IMG/VR virus record: IMGVR_UViG_3300045988_183612
Source: a virus
Reading direction: 5' to 3' (one strand)
Length of the DNA stretch: 64,000 bases
Part shown: piece by piece, positions 29,526 to 39,083 of the stretch
Numbering within the stretch: position 1 is the first letter of the stretch
Layout: each line of letters starts with the position of its first letter
Position numbers and translations under genes: made by a program
Notes under the pieces: generated by a model
What the model saw: the letters and a program-made list of their open reading frames with translations, nothing else
What the model was told of the DNA's origin: nothing
Databases searched by the model: none

Positions 29526-30460
29526 AATATGATAGACAAGCTATTGTAGATAGTATTAATATGCTAGATGTTATAAACAAGCTTAATATTAAAGTTTCAA
29601 ATGCTACTGCAGGGACAGATATAGTTACTGGGAATAAACGAGAAATTTTATGTCCGTTTCATAATGATAAACATTTTGGTTCAGCAAGTATATATGTGGA
29701 TTCAAAAAAGCATTTTAAGGGAATCCATTGCTTTGCTTGTGGAGAAAGTTGGAATGTAATTAAACTGGTCCAATTAAAAACAGGGCTAAATTATGGACAG
29801 ACATTAAATTGGCTTGCTGAATTATGTCCTGGAGATAAGTCAAATTACGCATTAGAAGAAGCAAATAATAAATCATCTTGGGGTATTGTTTCTATAGATT
29901 CTTCAGGAAAGTTATCTGTTAAAAATAATAATTCTAATGAAGAAAAATCTAAAGCCATTGACAATCCTATCAAAAATATATTTACATCTGAAGACTTAAA
30001 ATTAATAGGAATTCAGGATTATCCATTAAATATATTTGATAAAAATGGTTCTATAATAGATTGTTTGCAATATGAACCGTCTATAATTGATATACCGGAT
30101 AATTGTGTTGCAGAAAAGGATTATGTTTATAGTACAGATAAGAAAGCTTCAAATGTAAAATTTGACGAAACTCTTGAAGCCGTTTGGTTAATAAAAAAAA
30201 ATGGCATTAACTCAAGATTTACATTCAATGATTTGATTCAGGAAAATCCAGATTGTGCAGTAAATTTGGCTTGTACACGAATTGTTTATCTAATTAAAGA
30301 TAAACAGGTTATCTTGAATAAATTAGCAGGTTCTTCAAATAAAGTCTTAGTTAATGTTGTTCATTTAACGAAGAAAGAAATAAAGCGACTTAAAGAATTA
30401 TATAACAAAATCATGAATGCATGGCTTAAAACTGAAGAATTAAAAATTGAATATATTTAA
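29522..30460 (+). CDS. CHC2 primase-type zinc-finger protein
   Basis: CPFHNDKHFGSASIYVD...HCFACGESWNVIKL matches the DnaG-type CHC2 zinc finger. No TOPRIM domain recognised. ATGA overlap with the upstream gene. Confidence 0.55.
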   Translation: MKYDRQAIVDSINMLDVINKLNIKVSNATAGTDIVTGNKREILCPFHNDKHFGSASIYVDSKKHFKGIHCFACGESWNVIKLVQLKTGLNYGQTLNWLAELCPGDKSNYALEEANNKSSWGIVSIDSSGKLSVKNNNSNEEKSKAIDNPIKNIFTSEDLKLIGIQDYPLNIFDKNGSIIDCLQYEPSIIDIPDNCVAEKDYVYSTDKKASNVKFDETLEAVWLIKKNGINSRFTFNDLIQENPDCAVNLACTRIVYLIKDKQVILNKLAGSSNKVLVNVVHLTKKEIKRLKELYNKIMNAWLKTEELKIEYI

Positions 30461-30467
30461 TTGTGTT

Positions 30468-30507
30468 AAATGCATTTCTATTTATTAATATAGAAATGCA
30501 TTTTTTG
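30468..30507 (+). terminator. rho-independent terminator
   Basis: 14-bp perfect stem AAATGCATTTCTAT/ATAGAAATGCATTT plus TTTT. Confidence 0.7.
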
Positions 30508-30524
30508 TTTATCTTATTTTATTT

Positions 30525-30535
30525 TTCAGTCATAT
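30525..30535 (+). promoter_or_regulatory. TTCTGTCATAT-family motif (CAGTCAT variant)
   Basis: TTCAGTCATAT, 44 bp before ATG 30571. Confidence 0.5.
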
Positions 30536-30570
30536 AAAAGATAAATCAATTTAAAAGGAGGACATACAGT

Positions 30571-31005
30571 ATGTTAGATTTATTTGATGTATTTGACGTA
30601 AAAGAAGAGGATATCGATGTGTTTGAAAATAACATGTTCGATGAATCAATTGGAGAAAAAGAGGTCTATATAGATGAAGATGAATCTTACATTTATATGG
30701 ATAAAAAATTAGTGTTTGGTGAAGGTAAATATGTGCTTTTTATGGGTAGCGATTGCTATTATACAGATGACGGAATGCCTGAACCAGATTGCAATGTTGT
30801 CAGTATTTTTATTAATTCTGATAATATTGACATGAGAAATGATTGCGTATATTCAGAATTGCAGTCATCAATTGAAAGCTGTTTACATAACTTCCAGAAT
30901 ATTGTTAAGTCTTACGAAAAAAGAATTAACAAAGAATTTATTCAAAGAGATATTGCGGCAGCAAAAAGTTTGACTCATAAGCATACCTATGCACTGTATG
31001 CTTGA
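30571..31005 (+). CDS. acidic hypothetical protein
   Basis: AAAGGAGG RBS, motif variant at 30525. Confidence 0.5.
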   Translation: MLDLFDVFDVKEEDIDVFENNMFDESIGEKEVYIDEDESYIYMDKKLVFGEGKYVLFMGSDCYYTDDGMPEPDCNVVSIFINSDNIDMRNDCVYSELQSSIESCLHNFQNIVKSYEKRINKEFIQRDIAAAKSLTHKHTYALYA

Positions 31006-31029
31006 CAATAAATTTTAAACCTCCCTCCT

Positions 31030-31062
31030 GAATGGCTATGTGAAAACATAGCCATTTTTTTA
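31030..31062 (+). terminator. rho-independent terminator
   Basis: ATGGCTATGTGAAAACATAGCCATTTTTTT. Confidence 0.7.
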
Positions 31063-31083
31063 TGTAAAAAAAATAAATTAAAT

Positions 31084-31094
31084 ATCTGTCATAT
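31084..31094 (+). promoter_or_regulatory. TTCTGTCATAT-family motif
   Basis: ATCTGTCATAT. The 55-bp repeat lies between it and the flotillin ATG. TTTTTTTATGTAAAAAAAA sits 24 nt upstream. Confidence 0.55.
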
Positions 31095-31135
31095 TATTAA
31101 TGACTGGCGTAAACAAAATAATTTAAAAGATGTTT

Positions 31136-31190
31136 ATCGCAATCAAGCAAGAAAGCTCCACCCGACTAATGTCGTTTGTGAGTAGTTCAT
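31136..31190 (+). repeat. 55-bp structured intergenic repeat, copy 4
   Basis: ATCGCAATCAAGCAAGAAAGCTCCACCCGACTAATGTCGTTTGTGAGTAGTTCA, in the 5' leader of the flotillin gene. Confidence 0.7.
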
Positions 31191-31223
31191 GCTTATTTTT
31201 ACTAAAAGAAAGGAATAAAATTT

Positions 31224-32798
31224 ATGGGAATTGAAGTAACGATTGGAATTGTAGTAGCGGTGGTTGTAGTATTAATTGCATTATTATTTGCAAGTTATAT
31301 TAAGGCCCCGACAGACAAGGCACTTATTGTATCAGGACTTAGAAAGACACCTAAGTATGTAATTGGAAGGTCATCACTTAAGATACCATTTTTACAGAGA
31401 GTTGATAAACTTGATTTAAAGATGATTTCTGTTGATGTCAAGACAAAGGAATCAGTACCAACAAATGAGTATATCAATGTTAATATTGATTCTGCTGTAA
31501 AGATTAAGATTGGTTCATCACCTGAAATGCTTGGAAAAGCGGCAAGTAACTTCCTTAATAAAAATTCAGATTATATCAGAGAATCAGTTGTAGATGTACT
31601 TGAAGGTAATGTCCGTGAAATTATAGGACAGATGAAGCTTGAGGATATTGTACAGGACAGAAAGTTATTTGCTGAAAAGGTACAGGAGAATGCTGCTCCT
31701 GATATGGAAAGAATGGGTCTTGAAATTGTAAGCTTTAATGTTCAGAATGTTACAGATGAAGGTAATGTTATTGAAAATCTTGGTATTGACAGGGTTGTAA
31801 GTATCAGTAAGTCAGCACAGATATCAAGAGCTGAGTCTGAAAGAGATATTGCAGTTGCAAAGGCTAATGCTGAAAAGCAGGCAAATGATGCAAGGATTGA
31901 AGCTGAGACAGCTATTGCAGAAAGAAATAATGAACTTGAGATAAAGAAGCAGGAATTAAAGAGAGCAGCAGATGTCAAGAAGGCTGAAGCTGATGCGGCA
32001 TATGAAATTCAGCAGCAGGAACAGAGAAAGACAATTGAAATTACAACTGCCAATGCTAATATTGCAAAGCAGGAAAAGGAAATTGAATTAAGAGAAAAGG
32101 AAATCACTGTTAAGGAAAAGACACTTGATGCCGATATCCGTAAGCAGGCTGAAGCTGAAAAGTATGCAGCACAGCAGAAGGCAGATGCAGAACTTTATCA
32201 GAGACAGAAGGAAGCAGAAGCAAAGCAGTTTGAAATTCAGAAGCAGGCTGAAGCTAAGAAATCACAGGCAGAAGCAGACAGATTTGCTAAGGAACAGGAA
32301 GCTGAAGCAGTAAAGGCACAGGGCTTTGCAGAAGCAGAGAGTATTAAGGCAAAAGGTGTTGCTGATGCTGAAAGTATTAAGGCAAGGGGATTAGCTGAAG
32401 CTGAAGCTATGGAGAAGAAAGCAGATGCAATGGCTAAGTATGGTAAGGCTGCCATGACTGAAATGATTATCAAAGTACTTCCAGAGATGGCAGGAGCTAT
32501 TGCAAAGCCATTAGAAGCCATTGATAAGGTAACAATTATTGACAGCGGTAATGGAGAAACCGGAGTAGGTTCATTTAGCAGTAATGTACCATCAGTACTT
32601 GCAAAGACAATTGAATCTGTTAAGGAAACAACCGGTTTTGATCTTACAGAAGTAATGAAGGCTAATACATATGATGCCAAGACAACAAAGAATGTGAACT
32701 TTACAGGTATTCCAGAAGATGCTGACCCGGAGATTAAGGTAACTGTAAAGAATGTTCCTGAAAAAGTGTCTAAGTCAGAAAAGAATTCTACTAAGTAA
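31224..32798 (+). CDS. flotillin-like SPFH/band-7 protein (YqiK-like)
   Basis: N-terminal TM helix, an SPFH core, and a long A/E/K-rich flotillin-type coiled-coil repeat region. Confidence 0.8.
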   Translation: MGIEVTIGIVVAVVVVLIALLFASYIKAPTDKALIVSGLRKTPKYVIGRSSLKIPFLQRVDKLDLKMISVDVKTKESVPTNEYINVNIDSAVKIKIGSSPEMLGKAASNFLNKNSDYIRESVVDVLEGNVREIIGQMKLEDIVQDRKLFAEKVQENAAPDMERMGLEIVSFNVQNVTDEGNVIENLGIDRVVSISKSAQISRAESERDIAVAKANAEKQANDARIEAETAIAERNNELEIKKQELKRAADVKKAEADAAYEIQQQEQRKTIEITTANANIAKQEKEIELREKEITVKEKTLDADIRKQAEAEKYAAQQKADAELYQRQKEAEAKQFEIQKQAEAKKSQAEADRFAKEQEAEAVKAQGFAEAESIKAKGVADAESIKARGLAEAEAMEKKADAMAKYGKAAMTEMIIKVLPEMAGAIAKPLEAIDKVTIIDSGNGETGVGSFSSNVPSVLAKTIESVKETTGFDLTEVMKANTYDAKTTKNVNFTGIPEDADPEIKVTVKNVPEKVSKSEKNSTK

Positions 32799-32812
32799 AA
32801 ATATATAATTTT

Positions 32813-32848
32813 AAGGACAGGTTGAAGTATAATCAGCCTGTCCTTTTT
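32813..32848 (+). terminator. rho-independent terminator
   Basis: AGGACAGGTTGAAGTATAATCAGCCTGTCCTTTTT. Confidence 0.7.
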
Positions 32849-32980
32849 ATAATAAAAGCTTTGGAAATAAAGCAATATTGTATAAAGAAACTAATTTAAA
32901 GCTAAGTTAATGAAATAAGAAGTGCTATGGATATTGATATTAAATTTCAAGATGGAATTATTGTTACTCTTAAATATTTT

Positions 32981-32991
32981 TTCTGTCATAT
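32981..32991 (+). promoter_or_regulatory. TTCTGTCATAT-family motif
   Basis: TTCTGTCATAT, 41 bp before ATG 33024. Confidence 0.6.
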
Positions 32992-33023
32992 TTTCTTTAT
33001 CAAAATAATAAAGGAGATATTTT

Positions 33024-35945
33024 ATGAAAGTATTAAAATCAGAAGAGTTAAGAGGCAAATATCATTGTCGTCTTATGAAGAACTTAAAAAAGGAAATTGA
33101 AGTTACTACAAAGAAAAATGACAATTATGATAATGCTATTATCATTAAGCAGATTATTATGGGTTATTTAAAAGGTGAATTTCAAATTAATGAATTTCAC
33201 GATTTAGTGTCTGAAGGTGTTGAAGAGAATAATTTACCCGTGGAAACTAATGAAGGAAGAATTAAGCGTCTTACAGAAATTCTTACAAGATATGCGTCTT
33301 GTGAAAAAAGAAAACTTGAAGTTGAAGTTGATGCTAAGGATATTCCTGTAAGTCAGGATTATGCAATTCATATTAGACCTGATGCTGTTTCTGTTAATAA
33401 AAATGAAATTGAAGCAATCAAGTTTTTTGCTTCAAAGCCCGTGGTAACTGTCTCAGGTAAGAAACAGGATTTATCTGTTTTAAAGTGTCCGGAAATATAT
33501 GCATTATATTTATATGCAAAATCATTACTTAAACCAGGTGAAAAAAAGATTATTAAAGGATCTTATTATTACTTAAGAAAAAGCACAGATACTTCTAAAT
33601 GTATGACTGATGCTGATTTCTTTTCAGGTTATGGCGGTAATGTTGTTTCATTTGAAAAAGAAGTTGAATGGGGTAAAGATAGCCTTTGTGGAGAAGAATT
33701 AGATTATATCAAGCAGATCAATTTATCTGAGCAGGGTCATATTCAGTGTACAGAAGATGATTGTAAAACATGTTCTTATAATATGCTTTGCCATTATGCA
33801 AAAACTCCTGCACATTTCGAAAAGAAAACGCTTAAGAAGAGAGATAAAATTATTTTATCAGACGAACAGCAGCAGATAGTTGATTTTAGAAAAGGAATTG
33901 CAAGGGTAATTGCTACAGCCGGTGCAGGTAAAACAGAATGTGTTACTGAAAGAGGAGCACAAATGTTTGTTGAAGGTGTCAAGCCGGAAGAAATGTTATT
34001 TATAACATTTACAGACGCAGGTGCAGCAGAAATGAAAACAAGGATTGCAAGTAAGTGTTTAACTTATGGACTTTCTGTAAGTCCTGACGATATTCAGGCA
34101 ATGACTTTTAACAGTTTTGCTTATAATATTGTTAAATTTGAGTATAAGGAATTGGGATTTACAAATCCTCCTGTTGTAATTGATGATGTAAGAAATCGTA
34201 AGATTATTACTCAATTATTAACTGATAATCATATTAACGGAATCGATTACTTGAACTTTATGACAGATACACCTAACTTAAGAGGCGCATTAGCTTGTGC
34301 TGAAAAATGCTTTGAGTTGATTAAAACTGAACATGTTGACATTACACTTCCAGATGCAAATAATCAGCTTACAGAACTTTTAAGAGATAAGGGTTATTCA
34401 AGATTTATGGGCTCTGGTATTGCTGTTACACAGTTAATGGATTTATATTCTGAATACCAGAAACAGCTACTTGAAGATTCACTTATTACATTTGCTGATC
34501 AGGAACCAATGATGTTTAACATTATCAATGCGCATCCGGGTTATTTAGAAAGATTAGGTTTTAAGCATATTATAGTAGATGAGTTTCAGGATTCTAATGA
34601 TATTCAGATGGATACAATAAAGGAGCTATGTAATTGTAAATGTTTTGAGTCTTTAATGGTTGTAGGTGATGATTCTCAGAGTATTTATGGGTTCAGACAT
34701 ACATCTCCGGAAAACATGATTCATTTCTTCCATAAGTTAGGCATAAAAGGTATAGATATTAATCTATCAGTTAATAGAAGAAGTACTCCTGAAATACTTA
34801 AGGTCGCAACTGATATAGAAGCACTTAATAAGGAAAGACTTATTAAAGCTATGAATCCATGTAAGGATCATGGTGCACCTGTAACAGTAAAGGGCTTTTA
34901 TAGCAAAGATGAAGAAATTGAGTATATTGTAGATACAATTAAAGAGATGTTGGATTTAAACGAACATATTCCAGAAGACATTGCAGTGCTTACATATACA
35001 AAGGCTGAACTTGTTTCTATTGGAGCCGCATTATCAAAAGCAAATATTCCTTGGGTAATGATGAATCCAATGCCATTAGCTGAAAATGGAAAGGTTAAAG
35101 CTGCATTATCTTTAGCTGATGCATTTTATCAGCCTGAAGCAGATAAGCTTTATTTAGATTATCTGGCTGCGAAATATAATGGAGAAATATTAAATCTTTT
35201 ATCATTTAATGATATTAATGAGGAAATTTCTAAATTAAAGCAGCAGTTTATGAATATGGATATGATAGCAATTCCGTCTCAGAGACAAATCTTCCATAAT
35301 ATGCTTGATGCACTTAAGGGAGATGAAGGAGATGAAATCTATGAATATTTCTTAGATTTAGTATATGCAAATGAGGATTTACAGTCTGAATTGGAATATA
35401 TTCAGGATTTCAAAGTATTTGGAACTAATTGCTGTAAGAAAATGGAACAGACTTACGAAGGTGTTGTACTTACAACAGCTCACTCATCAAAAGGACTTGA
35501 ATGGCCGGTTATATTTAACAGTGTTACAAAGTATGATAGCAAGCATTTGCATAGCATCCGTAATAAAGTTAATCATGAAAAAGAAATTGAGGAAATGAGA
35601 AGATTATTATTTGTTTCCTTAACCAGAGCAAAGGATGAATTATTTATAACAGGTCAATATGTTTGTTATTCAGATAAGGAACATGGAGAAATATATAATA
35701 CATTCCTTAAGGAAGTATTTGATGTAACTAATACTAATTATGTTCCTATTGACCCAAACAAGGCATTAAAAGAAGCTGCTAAGTTAAGAGAACAGGATGC
35801 TAAGATTAAAAAGGTAAGAGCTAATTCTCATGCATCTTCTTCTGTTAAAGCTAAGAAGAATTCATCAGCACTTGCAAAAATTGATACAAAAAAAATTGCT
35901 GCTGCATATAGTACTAAGCCTAAAAATAAGAAGTCAGTATCTTAA
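33024..35945 (+). CDS. PD-(D/E)XK (Cas4/RecB-like, 4-Cys) nuclease fused to UvrD-type helicase
   Basis: N-terminal nuclease-like motifs IRPDAV...EIEAIKF plus a Cys cluster C..C..C.....C. C-terminal helicase motifs ATAGAGKTE, IIVDEFQDSN, VLTTAHSSKGLEWPVIF. Confidence 0.7.
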   Translation: MKVLKSEELRGKYHCRLMKNLKKEIEVTTKKNDNYDNAIIIKQIIMGYLKGEFQINEFHDLVSEGVEENNLPVETNEGRIKRLTEILTRYASCEKRKLEVEVDAKDIPVSQDYAIHIRPDAVSVNKNEIEAIKFFASKPVVTVSGKKQDLSVLKCPEIYALYLYAKSLLKPGEKKIIKGSYYYLRKSTDTSKCMTDADFFSGYGGNVVSFEKEVEWGKDSLCGEELDYIKQINLSEQGHIQCTEDDCKTCSYNMLCHYAKTPAHFEKKTLKKRDKIILSDEQQQIVDFRKGIARVIATAGAGKTECVTERGAQMFVEGVKPEEMLFITFTDAGAAEMKTRIASKCLTYGLSVSPDDIQAMTFNSFAYNIVKFEYKELGFTNPPVVIDDVRNRKIITQLLTDNHINGIDYLNFMTDTPNLRGALACAEKCFELIKTEHVDITLPDANNQLTELLRDKGYSRFMGSGIAVTQLMDLYSEYQKQLLEDSLITFADQEPMMFNIINAHPGYLERLGFKHIIVDEFQDSNDIQMDTIKELCNCKCFESLMVVGDDSQSIYGFRHTSPENMIHFFHKLGIKGIDINLSVNRRSTPEILKVATDIEALNKERLIKAMNPCKDHGAPVTVKGFYSKDEEIEYIVDTIKEMLDLNEHIPEDIAVLTYTKAELVSIGAALSKANIPWVMMNPMPLAENGKVKAALSLADAFYQPEADKLYLDYLAAKYNGEILNLLSFNDINEEISKLKQQFMNMDMIAIPSQRQIFHNMLDALKGDEGDEIYEYFLDLVYANEDLQSELEYIQDFKVFGTNCCKKMEQTYEGVVLTTAHSSKGLEWPVIFNSVTKYDSKHLHSIRNKVNHEKEIEEMRRLLFVSLTRAKDELFITGQYVCYSDKEHGEIYNTFLKEVFDVTNTNYVPIDPNKALKEAAKLREQDAKIKKVRANSHASSSVKAKKNSSALAKIDTKKIAAAYSTKPKNKKSVS

Positions 35946-35973
35946 TTAATTTAATACAATTGAATATAATAAA

Positions 35974-36004
35974 AATAGCAGGTTAATTCCTGCTATTTTT
36001 TTTG
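35974..36004 (+). terminator. rho-independent terminator
   Basis: AATAGCAGGTTAATTCCTGCTATTTTTTTT. Confidence 0.75.
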
Positions 36005-36009
36005 TTTCA

Positions 36010-36020
36010 CTCCGTCATAT
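36010..36020 (+). promoter_or_regulatory. TTCTGTCATAT-family motif (CCGTCAT variant)
   Basis: CTCCGTCATAT, 114 bp before ATG 36126. Confidence 0.4.
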
Positions 36021-36125
36021 TAATATATATAAACTTTTTTAAGAAGGAATTATAATAATAGACTTAATAGAAATTAAAAAATCATATCAAAATAAAAATA
36101 AAGCAATTTGGAGGTCAACAAAATA

Positions 36126-36992
36126 ATGATTAAACAAATTACAAAGATTATTGGAATAGTATTTGCCTTTCTTATTACTCAAATTGTATGTACATTGGGC
36201 GTATTTATTTTTAAATTGTTTTCTGATTCACAATGGTATGATAATTTATATGTATGTATAGAAACAGGTAATTTACTTTCATATAGTTATCTTAGTATGC
36301 TCAGTGAATTAATTATGCCTGCATTATTTGTTTCTGACATTATAATACTTGAGTTTGTTGTGCTTAAAGAATATAAAGTTAATAAATCAATCATATTTAT
36401 TTCAAAATTATCATTAAAAGATGTCAAGACATTTATTTTAACAGGCATTATTATGAATTTTTTAGCTTCTGTGGTAATAGATTCCTTACCTAATAATTTA
36501 GTTTCTAACTCATATAATTCTTTGATGAATGTTGCTGTAACCGGAAATTGGCTTCAAGTACTCTTAATAACAGGTGTTATTACGCCAGTTGTTGAAGAAT
36601 TAATATTTAGATACGGTATTACAAAAATAATAAAGCAAAACAAATTCTTTAAGAAACCAGATGTAAGCTCAATTTATATATCAGCTTTCGTTTTTGGATT
36701 AGTGCATTTTAATATTATTCAAAGCACTTATGCATTTATTTTCGGTATTATATTAGCCTATGTATATATAAAAACAGATAATTTATTGCCCTCTATTTTA
36801 ATTCATATTGGAGTTAATGCAAGTAGTGTATTGTATTCATTTATGCCTGTTATGTTGCAAAATATTTGTTTAATCGTAATGAGTATTATATTTTTCATAA
36901 TTGTTATAAGAAATATTTTAGTAATAAGAAATAACAATTTAAATTCTAATGTAAATAATTTTCTGTCATATCTTCTTTATCAAACAAAATAA
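36126..36992 (+). CDS. CPBP-family intramembrane metalloprotease (CAAX protease/Abi)
   Basis: Multipass membrane protein with EELIFRYGI, FGLVHF and HIGVN motifs. GGAGG RBS. Confidence 0.75.
   Translation: MIKQITKIIGIVFAFLITQIVCTLGVFIFKLFSDSQWYDNLYVCIETGNLLSYSYLSMLSELIMPALFVSDIIILEFVVLKEYKVNKSIIFISKLSLKDVKTFILTGIIMNFLASVVIDSLPNNLVSNSYNSLMNVAVTGNWLQVLLITGVITPVVEELIFRYGITKIIKQNKFFKKPDVSSIYISAFVFGLVHFNIIQSTYAFIFGIILAYVYIKTDNLLPSILIHIGVNASSVLYSFMPVMLQNICLIVMSIIFFIIVIRNILVIRNNNLNSNVNNFLSYLLYQTK
36961..36971 (+). promoter_or_regulatory. TTCTGTCATAT-family motif
   Basis: TTCTGTCATAT, 43 bp before the methyltransferase ATG 37006. It lies inside the 3' end of the CPBP gene. Confidence 0.55.
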
Positions 36993-37005
36993 AGGAGAAT
37001 ATAAT

Positions 37006-37902
37006 ATGAGTATTTTATCAAACCTATTAGCGGCTTTTAAACCAGGACAGCAGTTTACATTAAAAGAAGCATATGCTGTTAATCTTTCATATCAAAAAGA
37101 GTCAGTCAGAGCAAGAATTTATGAAAATTTAGGTAAAGAATTTAAGAAACTATCAAAAGGACTATATGTAACAGATGATGTAGTTCTTATTGAAGGCGAT
37201 GGAAGAGATTTATCTGTTTTTGAAAGTGAATCTATGGATTGCATAATTACTGATCATCCATGGGATGATAAGAAATCTAATAATGGTGGAACAAGACATT
37301 TAGCTCAGTATGATTGTTTTAAATATACCTTATCAGATTTTATGGAAAAAGCTAGGGTATTAAAGGAAGGTAGTTTTTTAGTAGAAATTTTACCTGCAGA
37401 AAATGAAAATAATTTTGATTATTTATATGAGATTAAGAAGATGGCAGAACAGGCAGGATTTAAGTATTATGCAAAAGTTGCATGGAAAAAAGGTACATTT
37501 GTAAGTAATACAGGAAGAAAAGCTAAAAATACAGAAGACATAATGATTTTTAGTAAAGGTAAGCCAAGAGCATTAAGACCAGATAAGCAAAGAGGCGTTA
37601 TAAATGGAGTACCTACCAGATTTATGAGTGGAGCTAATGGAATGCTGCCTACTGAATTTAATGTGCAGGCCATTCCTAATAAATTAAAGAATGTCCAGAC
37701 AGAAAAACCAGTTGCTTTATTTGAACAGTTGTTAGAATATTTTACTTTACCTGGTGAATTAGTTTTAGATCAATTTGCAGGTAGTGGTGTTACAGGAGAA
37801 GCATGTCTTAATAAAAAAAGGAAATGTATTTTAATTGAAAAATGTAAGGAGCATGTAGCAAGTATAATAACCCGGTTAAATTTGCAATGTGCAGTAATTT
37901 AA
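37006..37902 (+). CDS. DNA methyltransferase (N6-adenine/N4-cytosine, beta-class)
   Basis: Motif IV-like IITDHPW precedes motif I FAGSGVTGEA, which is the beta-class order. AAAGGAG RBS. Confidence 0.65.
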   Translation: MSILSNLLAAFKPGQQFTLKEAYAVNLSYQKESVRARIYENLGKEFKKLSKGLYVTDDVVLIEGDGRDLSVFESESMDCIITDHPWDDKKSNNGGTRHLAQYDCFKYTLSDFMEKARVLKEGSFLVEILPAENENNFDYLYEIKKMAEQAGFKYYAKVAWKKGTFVSNTGRKAKNTEDIMIFSKGKPRALRPDKQRGVINGVPTRFMSGANGMLPTEFNVQAIPNKLKNVQTEKPVALFEQLLEYFTLPGELVLDQFAGSGVTGEACLNKKRKCILIEKCKEHVASIITRLNLQCAVI

Positions 37903-37928
37903 TATGGAAAGAAAAAAAGGAGAACATC

Positions 37929-38183
37929 ATGGATAAATATATAGTAGGCATAAGAAAAGGAATAGATAGTGTAATATTTTCTTGTATAATTGAAGCTTTT
38001 ATGTTCATTCCTGATATTGCTTTTGATGTTATTAAGCACTTTAATAACATAATCCCAGGAGTTATTTTAATTGTAGTTAACGCTTTATTTATTGCAAAAA
38101 TAATATCATCTTATATAATAATAGCTGATAAAAATGATGTCATTAATATTGATAATATTAATGAAAATATGGATGATAAATAG
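37929..38183 (+). CDS. small hypothetical membrane protein
   Basis: AAAAAGGAGAAC RBS. Ends in TAG followed by terminator 38215..38237. Confidence 0.45.
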   Translation: MDKYIVGIRKGIDSVIFSCIIEAFMFIPDIAFDVIKHFNNIIPGVILIVVNALFIAKIISSYIIIADKNDVINIDNINENMDDK

Positions 38184-38214
38184 CATTAATTCATAAAAAT
38201 AATTTTTAGTCCCA

Positions 38215-38237
38215 TTTAATTAAATGGGACTTTTTTT
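38215..38237 (+). terminator. rho-independent terminator
   Basis: TAGTCCCATTTAATTAAATGGGACTTTTTTT. Confidence 0.75.
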
Positions 38238-38246
38238 CTGTCATAT
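38236..38246 (+). promoter_or_regulatory. TTCTGTCATAT-family motif
   Basis: TTCTGTCATAT, 43 bp before ATG 38281. Confidence 0.6.
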
Positions 38247-38280
38247 ATTTAATAAATTTTAAGATAAAAGGAGTTAATAT

Positions 38281-38430
38281 ATGAAAGAAAATGGTAAATA
38301 TACAAGAATAAAAAAAGAAATTCAAAATTGGGAAATTAAAAGGGACCAGTATTCGGAATCCGGTAATGAATTAGAAGCTGACAGATGCCAGAACCGCATT
38401 GATGAATTATATAATTGCTTATGGCATTAG
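38281..38430 (+). CDS. small hypothetical protein (49 aa)
   Basis: AAAGGAG RBS, motif at 38236. Confidence 0.4.
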   Translation: MKENGKYTRIKKEIQNWEIKRDQYSESGNELEADRCQNRIDELYNCLWH

Positions 38431-38456
38431 TTATTAATTATTAGGAGAATTTCAAT

Positions 38457-39020
38457 ATGGATAAAAAGACAATAATTGCAGTTATAGGGAAAACATCAAG
38501 TAGCAAAGATACAGTCGCAAAGGTATTAAATGAAAAGTATGGAATTCCTTCAGTTGTTTCAATGACAACAAGGCCCAAAAGAGAATATGAGACAAATGGT
38601 GTGGAACATGTATTTATTTCAAAGGAAGAAATGAGCAATGTTTTAAAAGAAAAAACAATCATAGCTTATACAAAAAATAATAAAACTGGAATAGAATATT
38701 GTGCTGCATTAGAAGCTTTACCTTCAAATATATGCGTATACATTATAAATCCCGATGGCGTTAAATGGTTAAAAGAGCATAATAAACGTAATTTATTTAA
38801 TTTGATTTGTGTATATGTTGATTTGGCTGAAAATAAAATAATTAAAAGAGGGCTTCTGAGAGGAGATAATCCTGATACTTTGCGAATACGCTTAGAGAGT
38901 GAAAGAGAGGAATTTGATACATATAAAAATTCAAAAGAATATGATTTTTTAATAACTAACGATAAAGATTTGCAATATTTGTATCATCAGGTTGATTTAT
39001 TTTATTCGAAATATTTTTAA
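38457..39020 (+). CDS. guanylate kinase-like P-loop protein
   Basis: P-loop IGKTSSSKDT. MTTRPKREYETNGVEHVFISKEEM matches the guanylate kinase TTRPPRxGE..G.DY.F block. Confidence 0.5.
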   Translation: MDKKTIIAVIGKTSSSKDTVAKVLNEKYGIPSVVSMTTRPKREYETNGVEHVFISKEEMSNVLKEKTIIAYTKNNKTGIEYCAALEALPSNICVYIINPDGVKWLKEHNKRNLFNLICVYVDLAENKIIKRGLLRGDNPDTLRIRLESEREEFDTYKNSKEYDFLITNDKDLQYLYHQVDLFYSKYF

Positions 39021-39031
39021 ATGATTTTAGA

Positions 39032-39062
39032 AAAGAGGTGGCAAAAACCATCTCTTTTTTTA
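39032..39062 (+). terminator. rho-independent terminator
   Basis: AAAGAGGTGGCAAAAACCATCTCTTTTTTT. Confidence 0.7.
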
Positions 39063-39083
39063 TGTAAAAAAATGAGTAATTAA

